The notes under the pieces: generated by a model
Told to the model about the DNA's origin: nothing
The model's database searches: none
What the model saw: only the letters and a program-made list of their open reading frames with translations
Assembly (NCBI GenBank): GCA_951406725.2
Contig: OX597826.1
Location: forward strand, 57,164,001 to 57,228,000
Source: Octopus vulgaris
Lineage: Eukaryota
DNA: 64,000 nt
Reading direction: 5' to 3'
Made by a program: the position numbers and the translations under genes
In this document: positions 1 to 13,250 of the stretch, piece by piece
Numbering within the stretch: position 1 is the stretch's first letter
Layout of the letters: each line of letters begins with the position of its first letter

Positions 1-938
1 GCTAGCTCTCTCTCTGTCTGTCTGTCTTTCTCTCTCTCACACATACATACATACACACTCACATATATACAATACAGCTATTAATCACACACACACACAA
101 ACACACATGCGCGCGCACACACACACACACACACACACATGCACACACATATTTAGTATGTGGCTGACAGATTCCCAACAGACAGAAAGATAAGATAAAA
201 ACCTATTATCACAGAATTTATCAGACAATTTATCAGCCGTTTAAAACAAAATAAAATAAAATAAAAATTCAAATAAAAAATACGGAGAGAAAGGGTAAGG
301 AGGTATAAGAAAGAATACAGCACAGACACACATACATATGAACATATGCTTCTGTGTATGTGTATGTATATATATATATATATATATAAATATATGTGTG
401 TGTGTGTGTGTGTGTGTGTATGTACAAATACATACACATTTCACTATCATGAGCACCATCACTAACATCATATTAAGTTTCACAATCCCTTTCTCTTAAA
501 TACACCTAAGGGGCAGTCACAGGCAGAGTGTGAAGAAATAAAAATAAGTATAGGAATAGTTTGTGTGCATATGTGTGTGTGTGTGTGAAAGAGAGAGAGA
601 ATGGCTATTCATATAGAAGGCAGTGGGTATCCGAATAAATATTTGGAAAAAAACATACTTGTTGGTTTTGCGTTGTATTCAGTGTTACTAATTGTCTTTA
701 ATGAAACAGTGGCTGATGAAGTAAATAGTTGGTGAAATTACAAGATGTTCAACAAAGCAACTTGTGGTTAATTTTTTCATATTTTGAGTAAGTTTTTAAA
801 ATCTGTTTTGAGGTCCACTCTTTCCATTGCTGAATTCAAATAGGTATAAAGTCATAGTACTAGCTGCAGGCTGAGTTGTTGGGTACTCTCAGTTATTAAA
901 TATCTTGCACTGAATTAAAATTCTTTGGTCTGGATTCA

Positions 939-981
<43 letters not shown>

Positions 982-1693
982 TGCATATATACAAACACAT
1001 ATATTCACTGAACCATACTGTCTGTGTAACTCAGGATAGCATTAATCCTGTCTAATCTACCAATCTCTCTGACACTAATTTTCCTAATCACTCTACGATG
1101 CCACCCATGTAGCAGAGGATGATACTGGATTTATCCATATTCAGTTTATCCTGCCACCATCTTTATCACTTAACTTATCTTGCCCACAATGTGGCCCCCT
1201 CCCTCTCTCTCTCTCTCTCTCTCTCCCCTCTCCCTCTCTCCCTATATATATATAAGATATTGCATTTTAAATATTTGTATATGACACATTCCTCCAATGG
1301 TCAATCTTATCATTAACTGCCTCAGTCACTATTCATTATTCTCTTTTTTCCAACTCCTTACTTGCAACACAGTGCTTCTATCAACATACTCTCACACTCA
1401 GCATTTACCCATTCTGGTTTTTCTATCATCAGCGTCTCTACAATTTCCTGTGCTGATAAATATAGTAGTGAGGACTCTTACAATATAGAAGGTGACCTCA
1501 TTAGTGTTGGGCCCATGATAAAATGCCCCCAATAGCATTTTGTAAACTAGCTGGTAAAAGAGCTCAGTCAGTACAGGGTTGAGAGGCTCCTTGACAACCT
1601 CTCTACCTATATTGTGATGATAAAATACACCAATGACACTCTGAGTGTAATAGGTCATATGAAGGGTATCCAGCCAAGGAAATCAAGCCTTAA

Positions 1694-1913
1694 CTCTTTA
1701 GTGTTCAGATTATTCTGTCAAATGTGATGTTAGTTTATTTTAAATGGTTTGAATTAATCATGCATTATCTTGTAGTTTAGAGATTTCGGTGATGAGAATT
1801 TTTAGTTTTAGAACGACATGGTTGGGCTGAGATGAAAGGTGAGATCTGGTCAGTTTCAATATATAACAGGTTAAATATTTTGGCCAGATATGGCCGGTTC
1901 GAATGCTAAAGGG
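1694..1913. mobile_element. piggyBac-type MITE (family F), complete, 220 bp
   Basis: TTAA on both sides (1690-1693, 1914-1917); imperfect terminal inverted repeats CTCTTTAGTGTTC / GAATGCTAAAGGG; homologous left part at 34040-34140. Confidence 0.8.
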
Positions 1914-2189
1914 TTAAATGAAATATACAAGTGACACATGGTCCTTGTATCCATAATGCAAGGCAGTAAACTCCAAGAGAACTGACTTGGACAATGAAAA
2001 TTTGTCCAATACATGGCAGTATAGACTAGCAGACATCTGATGATGATGATGATGATGATGATGACTGCAATATAATGATGACACTGTCAAAGATAATTAT
2101 ACATAACAGCAAACATTTCAGTTGTTACCAAAACCTGACACTCTGTGAATGAATAACTAGAAACAAATTGTATGGTTCAGTGAAATTAT

Positions 2190-2403
2190 TGTTTCTAATG
2201 TAGACACAAGGCCAGCAATTTTAAGGAGAGAGGATTAGTTGATACTATCTACTCCAATATTTGACTGGCATTATATTTTATGTAATTTGGAGGGATGAAA
2301 GAATAAGTTGATAGACAGGATTTGAACTCAGAATGTAAAGAGCTGGAACGGATACCACATGGTATTTTTATCTATGTCCCAATGATTCTGCCAGCTCACC
2401 ACC
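2190..2403 (-). mobile_element. degenerate tRNA-headed SINE (family D)
   Basis: Alignable by eye to 28993-29234 (tttgaactcagaa, gattctgccagctc, ggatgaaag). Confidence 0.65.
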
Positions 2404-2629
2404 TCAATGGTTCAGTGAAATAATGAAGATTAGTTTACATCCTCTATGTGTTATCTCTAACAATATAATGACACTATGTGAATGCTTGTAATGATGTTAA
2501 GAGGGGGAGAAGAGGGAAAGTCTGCCCAATTGGTATAAGTTCTTCAAGTTCAGAAATTGTTTCTTTAAATTCAGAATGGAAAATTTATGTAACGAACATT
2601 GCTACCACTACCAACTTAGCCATCTCTAT

Positions 2630-2771
<142 letters not shown>

Positions 2772-2782
2772 TGCATGCATTA

Positions 2783-2960
2783 GGAGCCAATAAGGAAGCC
2801 TCTACATGGATGCCAAACCAGCTAGATATAGCAGCCAAAAGACAGAACACATTGGATGATGTACTCCTATGTACACCATACCTGAATAAAAATGTGACTG
2901 GGATTCTCACAGCTGAAACACTTCCAAATACAGATATGCCCTAAGGCTACACAACAACAT
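2783..2960 (+). mobile_element. old SINE-like repeat (family H) with (CAA)n-type tail
   Basis: Shared motifs ggaagcctctacatgg, ctagaaatagcagccaaa, cacattggatAatgtagtcct; other copies about 20328-20545(-), 29875-30075(-), 43030-43235(+), 59970-60230(+), 60430-60655(-). Confidence 0.6.
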
Positions 2961-4335
2961 CAGCATCAACTGATACAACAATAACAGTTTTCTTATCATT
3001 CAATGTTCTGTTTATTTATCCAGAATCCTCTCAGAAAAATAGAGAAGAAAATATATTAGCTATTTTTGTTTTATTTTTTACCTAGTGTATTTGCTGATTT
3101 CTCCCTTTCTTTGCTCCCTTTCTTGTAACATCCATAACACACATACACAGGGGTACAATGTTTATACTAATTATATATACTTACAACTGTATAATTATTG
3201 TTGAGGGGGGGGGAACAAAAAGGAAAAAGCAATAATTATGGGCCCATGTAGGAGGTGTGATGGCTGACAGTATATGACACACACACATACTCTCACACAT
3301 ACATAGACATGTATGTGTGTGTGTATATATATATATATACATACATGCATATCCACACCTACACACTCTTACATTCCAACATAAAAGCATTTGTATAAAG
3401 GCATTTAAAACCACATAAGCTCATACGTACACAGACAAAAATAGATAATTAACCTGGAAGACAAGAAAATGTTTCCATTAGCTTTCTGGTCAACCACCTA
3501 CTGGTGGGTTATTTAGCTTAAACTGAGAGGCTGGACATCAACAAAACAGTTGTGGATCAGTAGTTGATAAAGGCCACTGCACATTCTAAATAGACAGCCA
3601 ATTAACCACAGGATTTCCTTCACACCCTGCTCCTTTTTTTTTTTACACTAAAATACTCCCAAAGAACACTGTATTTGTTAGATTTGTTTTCTTTAATGTT
3701 TGTAATTTTCTTGTTTGTTGCTGCATTTTCTTTTGAAGTGGGAGGAGATCTTGAACTTGTTCACTTTGTCAGCATCAATGACGGAGCAGCTGGTTAGTTT
3801 ACTATTCAATTGGTTTATGTTTTAGTATAAAGACCAAAAGCAGAATGGTGGGAAAGTTACTGTACATGTTACATGTCATGGACTGTCAGAGGTGGGAGAA
3901 GGCCAGGTGCATATGAAACCTGTCCAATGAGGATTGTGGAAAGTGAGAAGTTGGATATGGTATCAGACACTGAAAGGTCACGAGATTTTTGTCTAGTCCA
4001 CAAGATTGAACATTATTCTTAGACATGATACTTATATCTAGATGTTTCAGAACAAAGTGTTAGCTGAGTATTGAGTGATAGTAAAAGAGATGGCACAAGA
4101 AAAAGCAATGGTTATATTATGGACTTCACTAGCAGTGGATTTGTAACTGAGTGTTTGAATAACATCTTATGGTTTCATTAGAGCCTCAAATATGAAGAAC
4201 AATTTATTTGGGAAAAAAGAATTACATTTGTGTGATATACAGGGAAGGCATTATCAGTGAGAAAGTCATTGCTGGTGTATATAAAAAAGTGTATGTCGAA
4301 AAGAAAAATTAGATTTGTTATATATGTGTATATAT

Positions 4336-4744
4336 CTTGATTTGTTTCAGTCATTTGACTATGGCCTGCTGGAGAACTGCCTTGAAGGGTCCAGTCGAAC
4401 AAATCAACACTAAGACTTACTCTTTCCTCTAAGCATGGTACTTATTCTATCGGTCTGTTTTTGCCAAACTGCTTAGTTACAGGGATGTAAATGCACCAAC
4501 ACTGGTTGTGAAGCAGTGATGGGGGACAAACATAGATAGAAAACATGCACACATAGATAAAGAGATAATACATATATATATGTAATGAGGTTCTTTCAGT
4601 TTTCATCTACCAAATCCACTCACAAGGCTTTGGTTAGCTTGAGGCTATAGTAGAAGACACTTGACCAAGGTACCACACAGTGGGGCTGTACCCAGGACCT
4701 TGTGGTTGGGAAGCAAGCTTCTTATATATATATCCATGCCTGTG

Positions 4745-4746
<2 letters not shown>
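4336..4746 (-). mobile_element. tRNA-headed SINE (family A), diverged full-length copy
   Basis: Reverse complement aligns head-to-tail with 8301-8735 and 56967-57400. Confidence 0.85.
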
Positions 4747-4781
<35 letters not shown>

Positions 4782-4897
4782 TTTGTGTTCTGGTTTTGAT
4801 TTTATTTGATATATTCCCTCTCACCTCTGCCACTATCTGGCATATACAGGTGCTTACACTTATCAAGTATTCACCATAAATTTACAGTTCCAACTTG

Positions 4898-4935
<38 letters not shown>

Positions 4936-6109
4936 GCACACATGCATGCACAAAAACACACACATCAATAAAAATGGTAGTATGTATACAGACATTGAGT
5001 TTCTATGTTTCTAATAGGTAAAACAATCAAACATTGTTTAAACAAGTATATTTTAAAATGTTTGGATGACCTGAGATTTTATAAGAGGAGAAAATAAATG
5101 ATACTGCATAATGTACATTAGTTTCTAGCTTGTATTCAGAAAGTCCATGAAGTGAATTTACTAAATTTGCAAGGATAAGTGATAGTGTTGTCAGCACCAT
5201 ATCTCAATTTGACAGCGCTTATAAAAACTGTTTAGAAAATTTAGGTTTGTGACTCAGTGGTTGAACTGAATTGCTCAGTTGCATTGCACTTATTGCTGAG
5301 AGAAGAAATCAAAGCGATTTATGCTAAAAAATAAAAATCTTCCCCTAAAGATTTGCAGTCCAAAGATGAAACAAAAGTAATAAAGAAATTTGAAAGGCCA
5401 AAGAGAAAGAATAAAAAAACAACAAAAAAAACACAAAAACAAAACAAAAACAAAAAAAGATCCTCCCAATATATGCAGCAAAAAAATGTAAATGATCAAA
5501 GAAACAATAGCTGGCCATGAACCCTAAGAGAAATAAAGGGTTTATATACTGCCATTATTTAGTGTTGAAACATAAAACCCCAGACATTTGATTTAGTAGC
5601 TGCTGTAACAATGACAATAGGAAATCTTTAAAGAACATGACAAAGCTGTTTCTATGTTACCTATCTGGTTAAGTACTGGACATTGACCAATAAATCAGGA
5701 CTCAATGCCATGTTGGCAGCTATGTTTTGTACTTAGACAACATACAACTGCTGGAATGGAGAGGTGAGATGTGGGGAGGGAAACCAGTAGAAGCAGAATG
5801 GCATTCAAATAAAGAAGCAGCCAGAATACTTATCACTACTATGATATGTCCAGGAAAATGGACAATGATTGGAGGTTGATTAAGAAAGTCATTTATATAT
5901 AGTTGAAGAATATTAATTTAATAAACAGCAATTGCCGAAAGACCGCTCTTTAAAGAATTATTTATTTACTGTCTCCTTTATCCAGTTATCAACAATGAAT
6001 CAACAGTGGTATATACATACAGTTAAAATCATAAACACACATCCATGCATGCACACACACAAACACACACACACACTGACACACTGACACAGCTAAATTT
6101 ACACAGAAT

Positions 6110-6142
<33 letters not shown>

Positions 6143-7734
6143 GTATCTAAAGTGCAAGGAGTATATATTGATTGACATTTATTAATAGGTATGTACAATG
6201 AGTGTTTAGATAGTTTTGCACACCAAAACTCTGGCTTCAGGTGTAAATGGGAATGAGGTGTTGAAATTGCTTATCCAAGGTGTTTAGTACCTGATTCAGT
6301 GGATGTAAATAGACCAAAAATGGAAGATAGACAAGCAAATCATTTGGCATTAGTCGAGGATATTTACTTCATAATGAAGAGTACAACAAATAAAGAATAA
6401 ATAAAGCATAGAACAGTTACGGGAGATAAATAAAGTCTCTTATAGCTGTTCATGTTAATGTATAATGAATTCACATAATCTGAGGATCCCATTATATATG
6501 TACAAATATAAATTAGGCAGAAAATTGAGAAATCTTGATCAACAACAATTAACTAATTGATTATTATTTGTTAATACAAAATTTTATATATTAATCTATC
6601 TCTCCTTAATATAACCTTCTCACTCTCTTTAATAATACCAGTTCTTTTAACTATGAACCTAATTTAGAATACAGAAGGCATAAGTACCCATTGCCCACAC
6701 TATTACCCCCACCCCACGAGTCTGTACCTGTGATCTCAGCAATGGCTTTATTTGCAATTAACTTTACTTTCTACACTGTGTGTTAGCTTGTTTAACACAA
6801 TTTCATTCTGGACCTAATTTTCAGTCAGCATGAGTCTACTTCCATTTATTGGTGACCCCCATTAGATTTACTTATTTCAGACCACCACCGCCACAGCCGC
6901 CGCCGCCACCGCCACCACCACCGTATAACAAAATGTTGTGTAATATTCTCCGTTTTTTTCCATCCTTGTTTGCGTATACATTCGCTGCTTTCTTCCAAGG
7001 AATCTAATGCTCTTAGCTTAGTTTTTCCATGGGGCTGAACAGATTGGTGCAATCTCGAGCATAACCAGCCAAAATTGCAAAGATAATCTGGAACTCGACT
7101 GAGGAAAGAAAACTCCGAATGACCTGTCCTTGTTTTCTTTGTATCGTCTATTTGGATGTTTCGTTGTCACTTTTTATATCACCTAACTGTCTGGACATTT
7201 TGCGTTCTTGTCCCATTTTGTATTATTATAAATCTATATATATATAGATTTAAAAAAGAAAATGAAAACATAGAAAACACTTCTAGCTGCCTTTGACATA
7301 TCCCCCCCACACACATATTCTCTTAGCTCTTAGATCCTCTAGTGCTGCCAGTACACTGAGCAGTGAGCCATCTTCAAATATCCTGAATATTTGCTTTCCT
7401 CTTAGCTCCATTCTGGTCAACTCCCGTCACCATCATGCTATCCTAGAACATACTATGTCACATCTTCTTTGGTCTTCCACTGCTAATGCACACACTCTCT
7501 CATCCTCTCCCATGACTACACTGTCTGTATCCTAACTTATGCTCACCTTGCTTCTTGAGAGTTGCTCCAGCACCCCATCACTACCTTATCTCCTTCAGCC
7601 ATGTATGACCCTTTCAACACCTGGAATAAAGCCACCCAGCTCCACTGTCCCCTCCCAAATACTTCTTAGTTGTGTGAGTTTTTTTTTGCATTTCCTTTTT
7701 CTCTGCTCTTTTATGTCTTGTAAATTTTCAGGGC

Positions 7735-7925
7735 AAACTCACTAGTGCTGGTGGCATGAAAAAAAGCATTCAGTACACTCTGTAATGTGGTTAGCATTAG
7801 GAAGGGCATCCAGTAGTATAAAACATGCCAAAGATGACATTAGAGCCTGTTGCAGACCTGCAGCATGCTGGTTCCCTGTCAAACCATTCAACTCATGCCA
7901 GCATGGAAAGCAGATGTTAAATGAC
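7735..7925 (+). mobile_element. RTE-associated repeat (family C) fragment
   Basis: gcattaggaagggcatccag ... catgccagcatggaaagcagatgttaaatga, shared with 14900-15065 and 55177-55340. Confidence 0.7.
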
Positions 7926-8260
7926 AATGTGTAAGCACTGTCAAATGTAGTAAAAATCTGACAGAAACTGAGAGAAGCCTGGTGTGTGTGTGTGTGTATG
8001 CATGAAAGAGTGTATATACCCTTGTCTTCATATGTGTGCATTGATTATAAACAAAGAAGGCCATTTACTTACAATCCTCTATGAAAACATACCAAGGGGT
8101 GGCAAAAGGAAGAGCATCCTACTGTAAAAAAATCTGCCTCAACAAATTTTTATCTGACCCATGCAAGCAAGAAAAGTGGACAGTAAAATGATAATGATAT
8201 ATGTGTATGTGTGTGAGCACGTGTGTTTATATGTTGTACATACATACATACATACATACA

Positions 8261-8296
<36 letters not shown>

Positions 8297-8300
8297 TATA

Positions 8301-8477
8301 GGCGCAGGAGTGGCTGTGTGGTAAGTAGATTGCTAACCAACCACATGGTTCCTGGTTCAGTCCCACTGCGTGGCATCTTGGACAAGTGTCTTCTGCTATA
8401 GCCCCGGGCCGACCAATGCCTTGTGAGTGGATTTGGTAGACGGAAACTGAAAGAAGCCTGTCGTATATATGTATATA

Positions 8478-8529
<52 letters not shown>

Positions 8530-8735
8530 TGTGTCTGTGTTTGTCCCCCTAGCATTGCTTGACAACCGATGCTGGTGTGTTTATGTCCCCATCACTTAGC
8601 AGTTCGGCAAAAAGAGACTGATAGAATAAGTACTGGGCTTACAAAGAATAAGTCCCGGGGTCGATTTGCTCGACTAAAGGCGGTGCTCCAGCATGGCTGC
8701 AGTCAAATGACTGAAACAAGTAAAAGAAAAAAAAA
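8301..8735 (+). mobile_element. tRNA-headed SINE (family A), full length, with internal (TA)n/(TG)n
   Basis: Pol III A-box-like TGGCTGTGTGG and B-box-like GGTTCAGTCCC; body and 3' tail GGCGGTGCTCCAGCATGG...TGACTGAAACAAGTAAAAGA; near-identical copy at 56967-57400. Confidence 0.92.
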
Positions 8736-8752
8736 TACATATATATATATGT

Positions 8753-8990
8753 GGAGGCGCAATGGCCTAGTGGTTAGGGCAGCGGACTTGCGGTCGGAGG
8801 ATCGCGGTTTCGATTCCCAGACCGGGCGTTGTGTGTGTTTATTGAGCGAAAAAACACCTAAAAGCTCCACGAGGCTCCGGCAGGAGGTGGTGATCCCTGC
8901 TGTACTCTTTCACCACTCTAAAGGCGGTGCTCCAGCATGGCCGCAGTCAAATGACTGAAACAAGTACAAAAAAAAAAAAAAAGAAAAAAT
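8753..8990 (+). mobile_element. chimeric SINE: family B head plus family A 3' tail
   Basis: 8753-8916 matches the head of 24643-29(-)-type family B copies (24643-25029 and 40244-40628); 8918 onward is the family A tail CTAAAGGCGGTGCTCCAGCATGG. Confidence 0.8.
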
Positions 8991-9577
8991 GTATGTATAT
9001 ATATATATATATATTAATATATATATATCAATAACTGCATTGTCAGGTATTATACAAAAATATTTTAATTTTTAAAAAATTTTATCAACAATACATGTAC
9101 ACACAAACACACCAATACACATGCATATGTACACACATAATCACCCAAACTAATCAGAATAAAGAAGAAAAAAAACATCAGCAATAGATGGAAAAAAAAA
9201 ACATTAACAAATAAAAGAAACTACGAAAAAACAAAAGAAGAAAATGAAAACGGAGAAAGAAGGTGAGGAGGAGGGGAAACATTACACGATGAGATAGAGT
9301 GAAAATTAAATAAAATTAAAATGCTTTGAAGTAATTGAATTGAGAGTGGAGTAAAGTGTTAAATATAATTATTGATGTGCAAATCAATATACAAGAGAGG
9401 TCTGGGCTTCAACTCTTGCTGGCTCTGAATGTTACAAAGTACAATGTGCAACTAATGATTAAAGATGCAGAAAAATGTGTGTGTTTGCTTTCAGCATGTG
9501 TGTATGTGTGTTGAAGCTAACATGTATATATACATCTCTTACGTTTACGTTCTCTGCTGAAAGGATAAAAATATCTG

Positions 9578-9578
9578 A

Positions 9579-9609
<31 letters not shown>

Positions 9610-9662
9610 AATATTGTATATATATATATACATATATATGTATAGTGTGTGTGTATATATAT

Positions 9663-9743
<81 letters not shown>

Positions 9744-9750
9744 GTATATA

Positions 9751-9839
<89 letters not shown>

Positions 9840-9852
9840 GTATATATATATA

Positions 9853-9905
<53 letters not shown>
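9578..9905. repeat. (TA)n microsatellite
   Basis: Direct inspection. Confidence 0.95.
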
Positions 9906-9908
<3 letters not shown>

Positions 9909-10639
9909 AATAAAAACAAAAAAAGAAGTGAAGTAAAGAAGAAAGGAAGGAAGGAAAGAAAGAGGGAAAAGACGAAAAGAATGCAAAGGAAACAATCAAA
10001 TTTTGTTTTGGAATCTTCTCAGTTTCATGGTCTTAATTTAACAATTTGCTACAATAAAATACGCATTGACTTTTATGTAGAAAACTAATAGAGGAGCGAT
10101 AAAGCTTTTTTTTTGTTCTGTTTCATTTTCTTTTCTTTTCCTTTCTTTTTTGTTCTCTTCATTTCAACCACAATTTTTTTTTTTTTTTACCAATTTTTGT
10201 TTTTATTTTAAAATAATCGATTCTATTGGAAAAATATATGCAGAACTTTGTAAAGAGAGAATGAACGATGTTATGGTGACTAGGTAACCATAGTGAAAGA
10301 TTTAATGATACTTAGATATCTTTGGAGGAGAAGAAGAGAAGAATCTCTCAAGAATTGTTGGATGAGTGACCACAATCATGTAAAGGTAAATATTCTTTGT
10401 TGTTTTTTTTTTTTGTTGTTGTTGTTTGGGTAAAACCATAAATATAAGTTTTGAATGTGTGAATAACCAGAGAGAGAGAGCGCGAGAGAGATGGAGCGGG
10501 GGGATACAGAGAGAGAGAAATTGTGTGGTTGGTGGATAACTATTTGGTTGGGGTGGAGAGGAAGCATAGTTGTTCAGTGACCATGGAGAGAGATTTTACA
10601 TTTGCTGAGTAAGCATAAAGATTGATAAAATATAACAGA

Positions 10640-10890
10640 AGAAGAAAAAAATCTTATGATGATGAGAAGAGAAGTTTATGATGAAGGGAGAAGATTCTTA
10701 TGATGAAGAGAGGAGAGTCATATAATAGTTGGAGATCTTATGATGAAGAGAGAAGAATATTTTGGAGGGAGAGGTGACACTTTATTGAAAGAAGAAACTT
10801 ATGATGACAATGGATAATCTTATGATGAGGAAAGGAATCTTATGATGAAGGAAAAGTGTCTTAATGATGATGAGAGGAGAATATTATCAG
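10640..10890. repeat. degenerate minisatellite, about 22-24 bp unit (tcttatgatgaagagagaagaa-like)
   Basis: TCTTATGATGA core recurs about 8 times. Confidence 0.75.
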
Positions 10891-11329
10891 AGGGATTAGA
10901 AGCCATGTCAAGAAACATTTTTTTTCATGTTTGAATAATCATTTTAAAAAAAAGAATTTTATTTTCTGAATAACAATGGGCAAAGAGATATATGGATGGT
11001 TGGTTAAAAAGTAAGAAATTGCTTTGATAGATTGATAGATAGACAGGTAGATAGAGAGGGAGAGAGAGAGAGAGAGATTATTGTTGCTGCTAATCATAGA
11101 AATAATATTACTGTTGATGCTAGCAATGTGGATAAAAAACACAGAATATTTGGAAGCCATATCTTAATTTGTTGGTGATAAAGAAACTGAGATATCAACA
11201 ATGGTAAGAACTAGCACAGATGAGAACAATAAAGAAATGCAACAACCTACTTTCACTACATGAGAAATGTGTGTGTGTGTATGTGCGCGTGTTTAGATGG
11301 CTGTGTTAAATCCAACCTAGTACCAATAG

Positions 11330-11660
11330 TACAGGTGACTATGACTCCATATAAGGGAATTATCTATGCCTGAATGCTTGGAACTCTCTTATGGTTGTCT
11401 ACTAACTACTAGACTGTTGGCCAGTGAGTGAGTGAAAGTATTCTAGTACTAACATACATGACTAGTGACCATCTTGTATAACAATTGTATGATTGCTGAC
11501 CACATTTATTGCTGTATTGTACCTGTATGGCTGAACAGTAACCATCTAAAGTTGTACTACACCTGCATGACTAGTGACCACATCTACTCTTGATTTGTAC
11601 TTGTATAACAGATGACCACATCTAGCGTGGTTTTACACCTGTATGACTAACAACTATCAA
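11330..11660. repeat. degenerate minisatellite, roughly 35-40 bp unit (acctgtatgactagtgaccac-like)
   Basis: Recurrent cctgtatgact / agtgacca motifs. Confidence 0.55.
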
Positions 11661-13121
11661 GACTAATCAGAATAAATATGCATGCTGGTCGTTTGGATCA
11701 TTCCCATACTGGAATGGCAGTTATTATTAAGAATGTCTCTTGATGCCAGTTTGGAAACTGTTTTGCAAGGATATACCTTCCAGATGCACAAATGCAATGT
11801 GATCCTAACATTGTCTATAATAGTAAACCTAGGAAACCCTGGTCTAAAGACATTTGGTTTAACTTTGAAAATCACACAGATGTCTTCTAAATGATGATGA
11901 ATCTCTTCTCTTTCATGATAGTAATCTCCCACTTCTTCCTTAATTTATGAATACGTGCACAAAAGAGAGACAGATAGGGAAGGCCCAAACACACACTCAC
12001 ACACACACATACATACATACACATGTGCACTCGCACAAACACACGTGCAAAATCATTTGTCTTGCCAATTCAATGCCAAATAAATTCTTGAGCCTATTGA
12101 ATGAAGAAAGCTGACAAGTGGAGATTATGTCGAAGTGGAGACGGAACATGGAAAATGCAAAGTGAAACCTGCCGATAGATAAATCTGTAATCGCTCTCTT
12201 GAGCCAATGGATAATCAAAATAAAATCAATACATTCAATGGCAGCAGTATTTCATCAGAGATTTTAGTTAGGAATCGGTGAACATCTTTACTAAGGCTAC
12301 TAACAGCTAATCTGTTTGACAGGTTGAGCAGTAGTGTTGTTGTTGTTGTTGTTGCTGTTAGTGGTGATGGCAGTGGTGGTGGTGGTAGGAATGACATTGG
12401 TGGTGGGTTTGTGTTGATGAAGGAGGAGACCCCACTTCCTTCTTCTATAAAAGAGAAATGGTGGGAACCGAGAGGTGGATATCTGTTTCTGGCACACTGA
12501 ATGGCTAATCAAAGAGGGTTGGTTCTAAGTAGCCAGGAGAGGAAAGAATATGATAAACAGTAAGTGATGACAGCAAAACGAAGCTGATTCAGAATCCTTT
12601 AATGGTACTGAGATTAAGAAAGACCAGGTAGAAGGATTTCGTTTTTTTTTTTTGTTTTTCATATTACTTTTATCGGTTTTGTCCATTTTCTTAAAAACCT
12701 CCACCGAGGAGAATAAATAAAGCAATAGCGTTTTTAAAGTGGATCCTTGTTTGGTGACAGCTTTCCTTTAGAGTTTTAAATGGGTCCTTAATTCACTAGA
12801 TATTCCCTCTCCTCTCTCTCTCACCCTCTTTCTGTCTCTCTCTTTCTCCCTCTCCTCATGCCCACTCTCTCTCTCTCTGACTCCTTCAAATTACATCTAT
12901 TTTTCCTTGGTTAATATCTGTTAAAAGATTCTGCAAATTCTGACATTTGTAGGAACTACTGAAGTGCTTTCTTCCTGTATTTTTTATTGCTGAATATACT
13001 ATTCCTTAATGCTAACCTTTCGATTAGGTTGCTCTTAACACCTGATGCATCATTCTAATCTATATATTTATAAGAGCTTTCTAAACCATAACCTGGCATT
13101 CACACACATATATACATACAC

Positions 13122-13164
<43 letters not shown>

Positions 13165-13211
13165 TACATATATATATACACACATATGCATATATATATA
13201 TACACATATAC

Positions 13212-13250
<39 letters not shown>

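Noticed and set aside
711-745. CTGATGAAG...GAAA hammerhead-like words
   Set aside because: No stem I, II or III pairing could be built.
3720-4170. Possible ancient LINE remnant (also about 7330-7700)
   Set aside because: Too degraded to support a family call by eye.
8753-8828. tRNA gene
   Set aside because: tRNA-like head of SINE B, continuing into SINE body in three copies; the same applies to family A and D heads.
8569-8958. 129-aa ORF and the recurrent MTTDAGVF.../MLGGQTQT... ORFs
   Set aside because: Incidental frames within SINE A/B copies.
9459-10088. Long YIYIYI / HTHTHT / CVCVCV ORFs here and throughout the ORF track
   Set aside because: Translations of dinucleotide microsatellites, which lack stop codons; no coding evidence.
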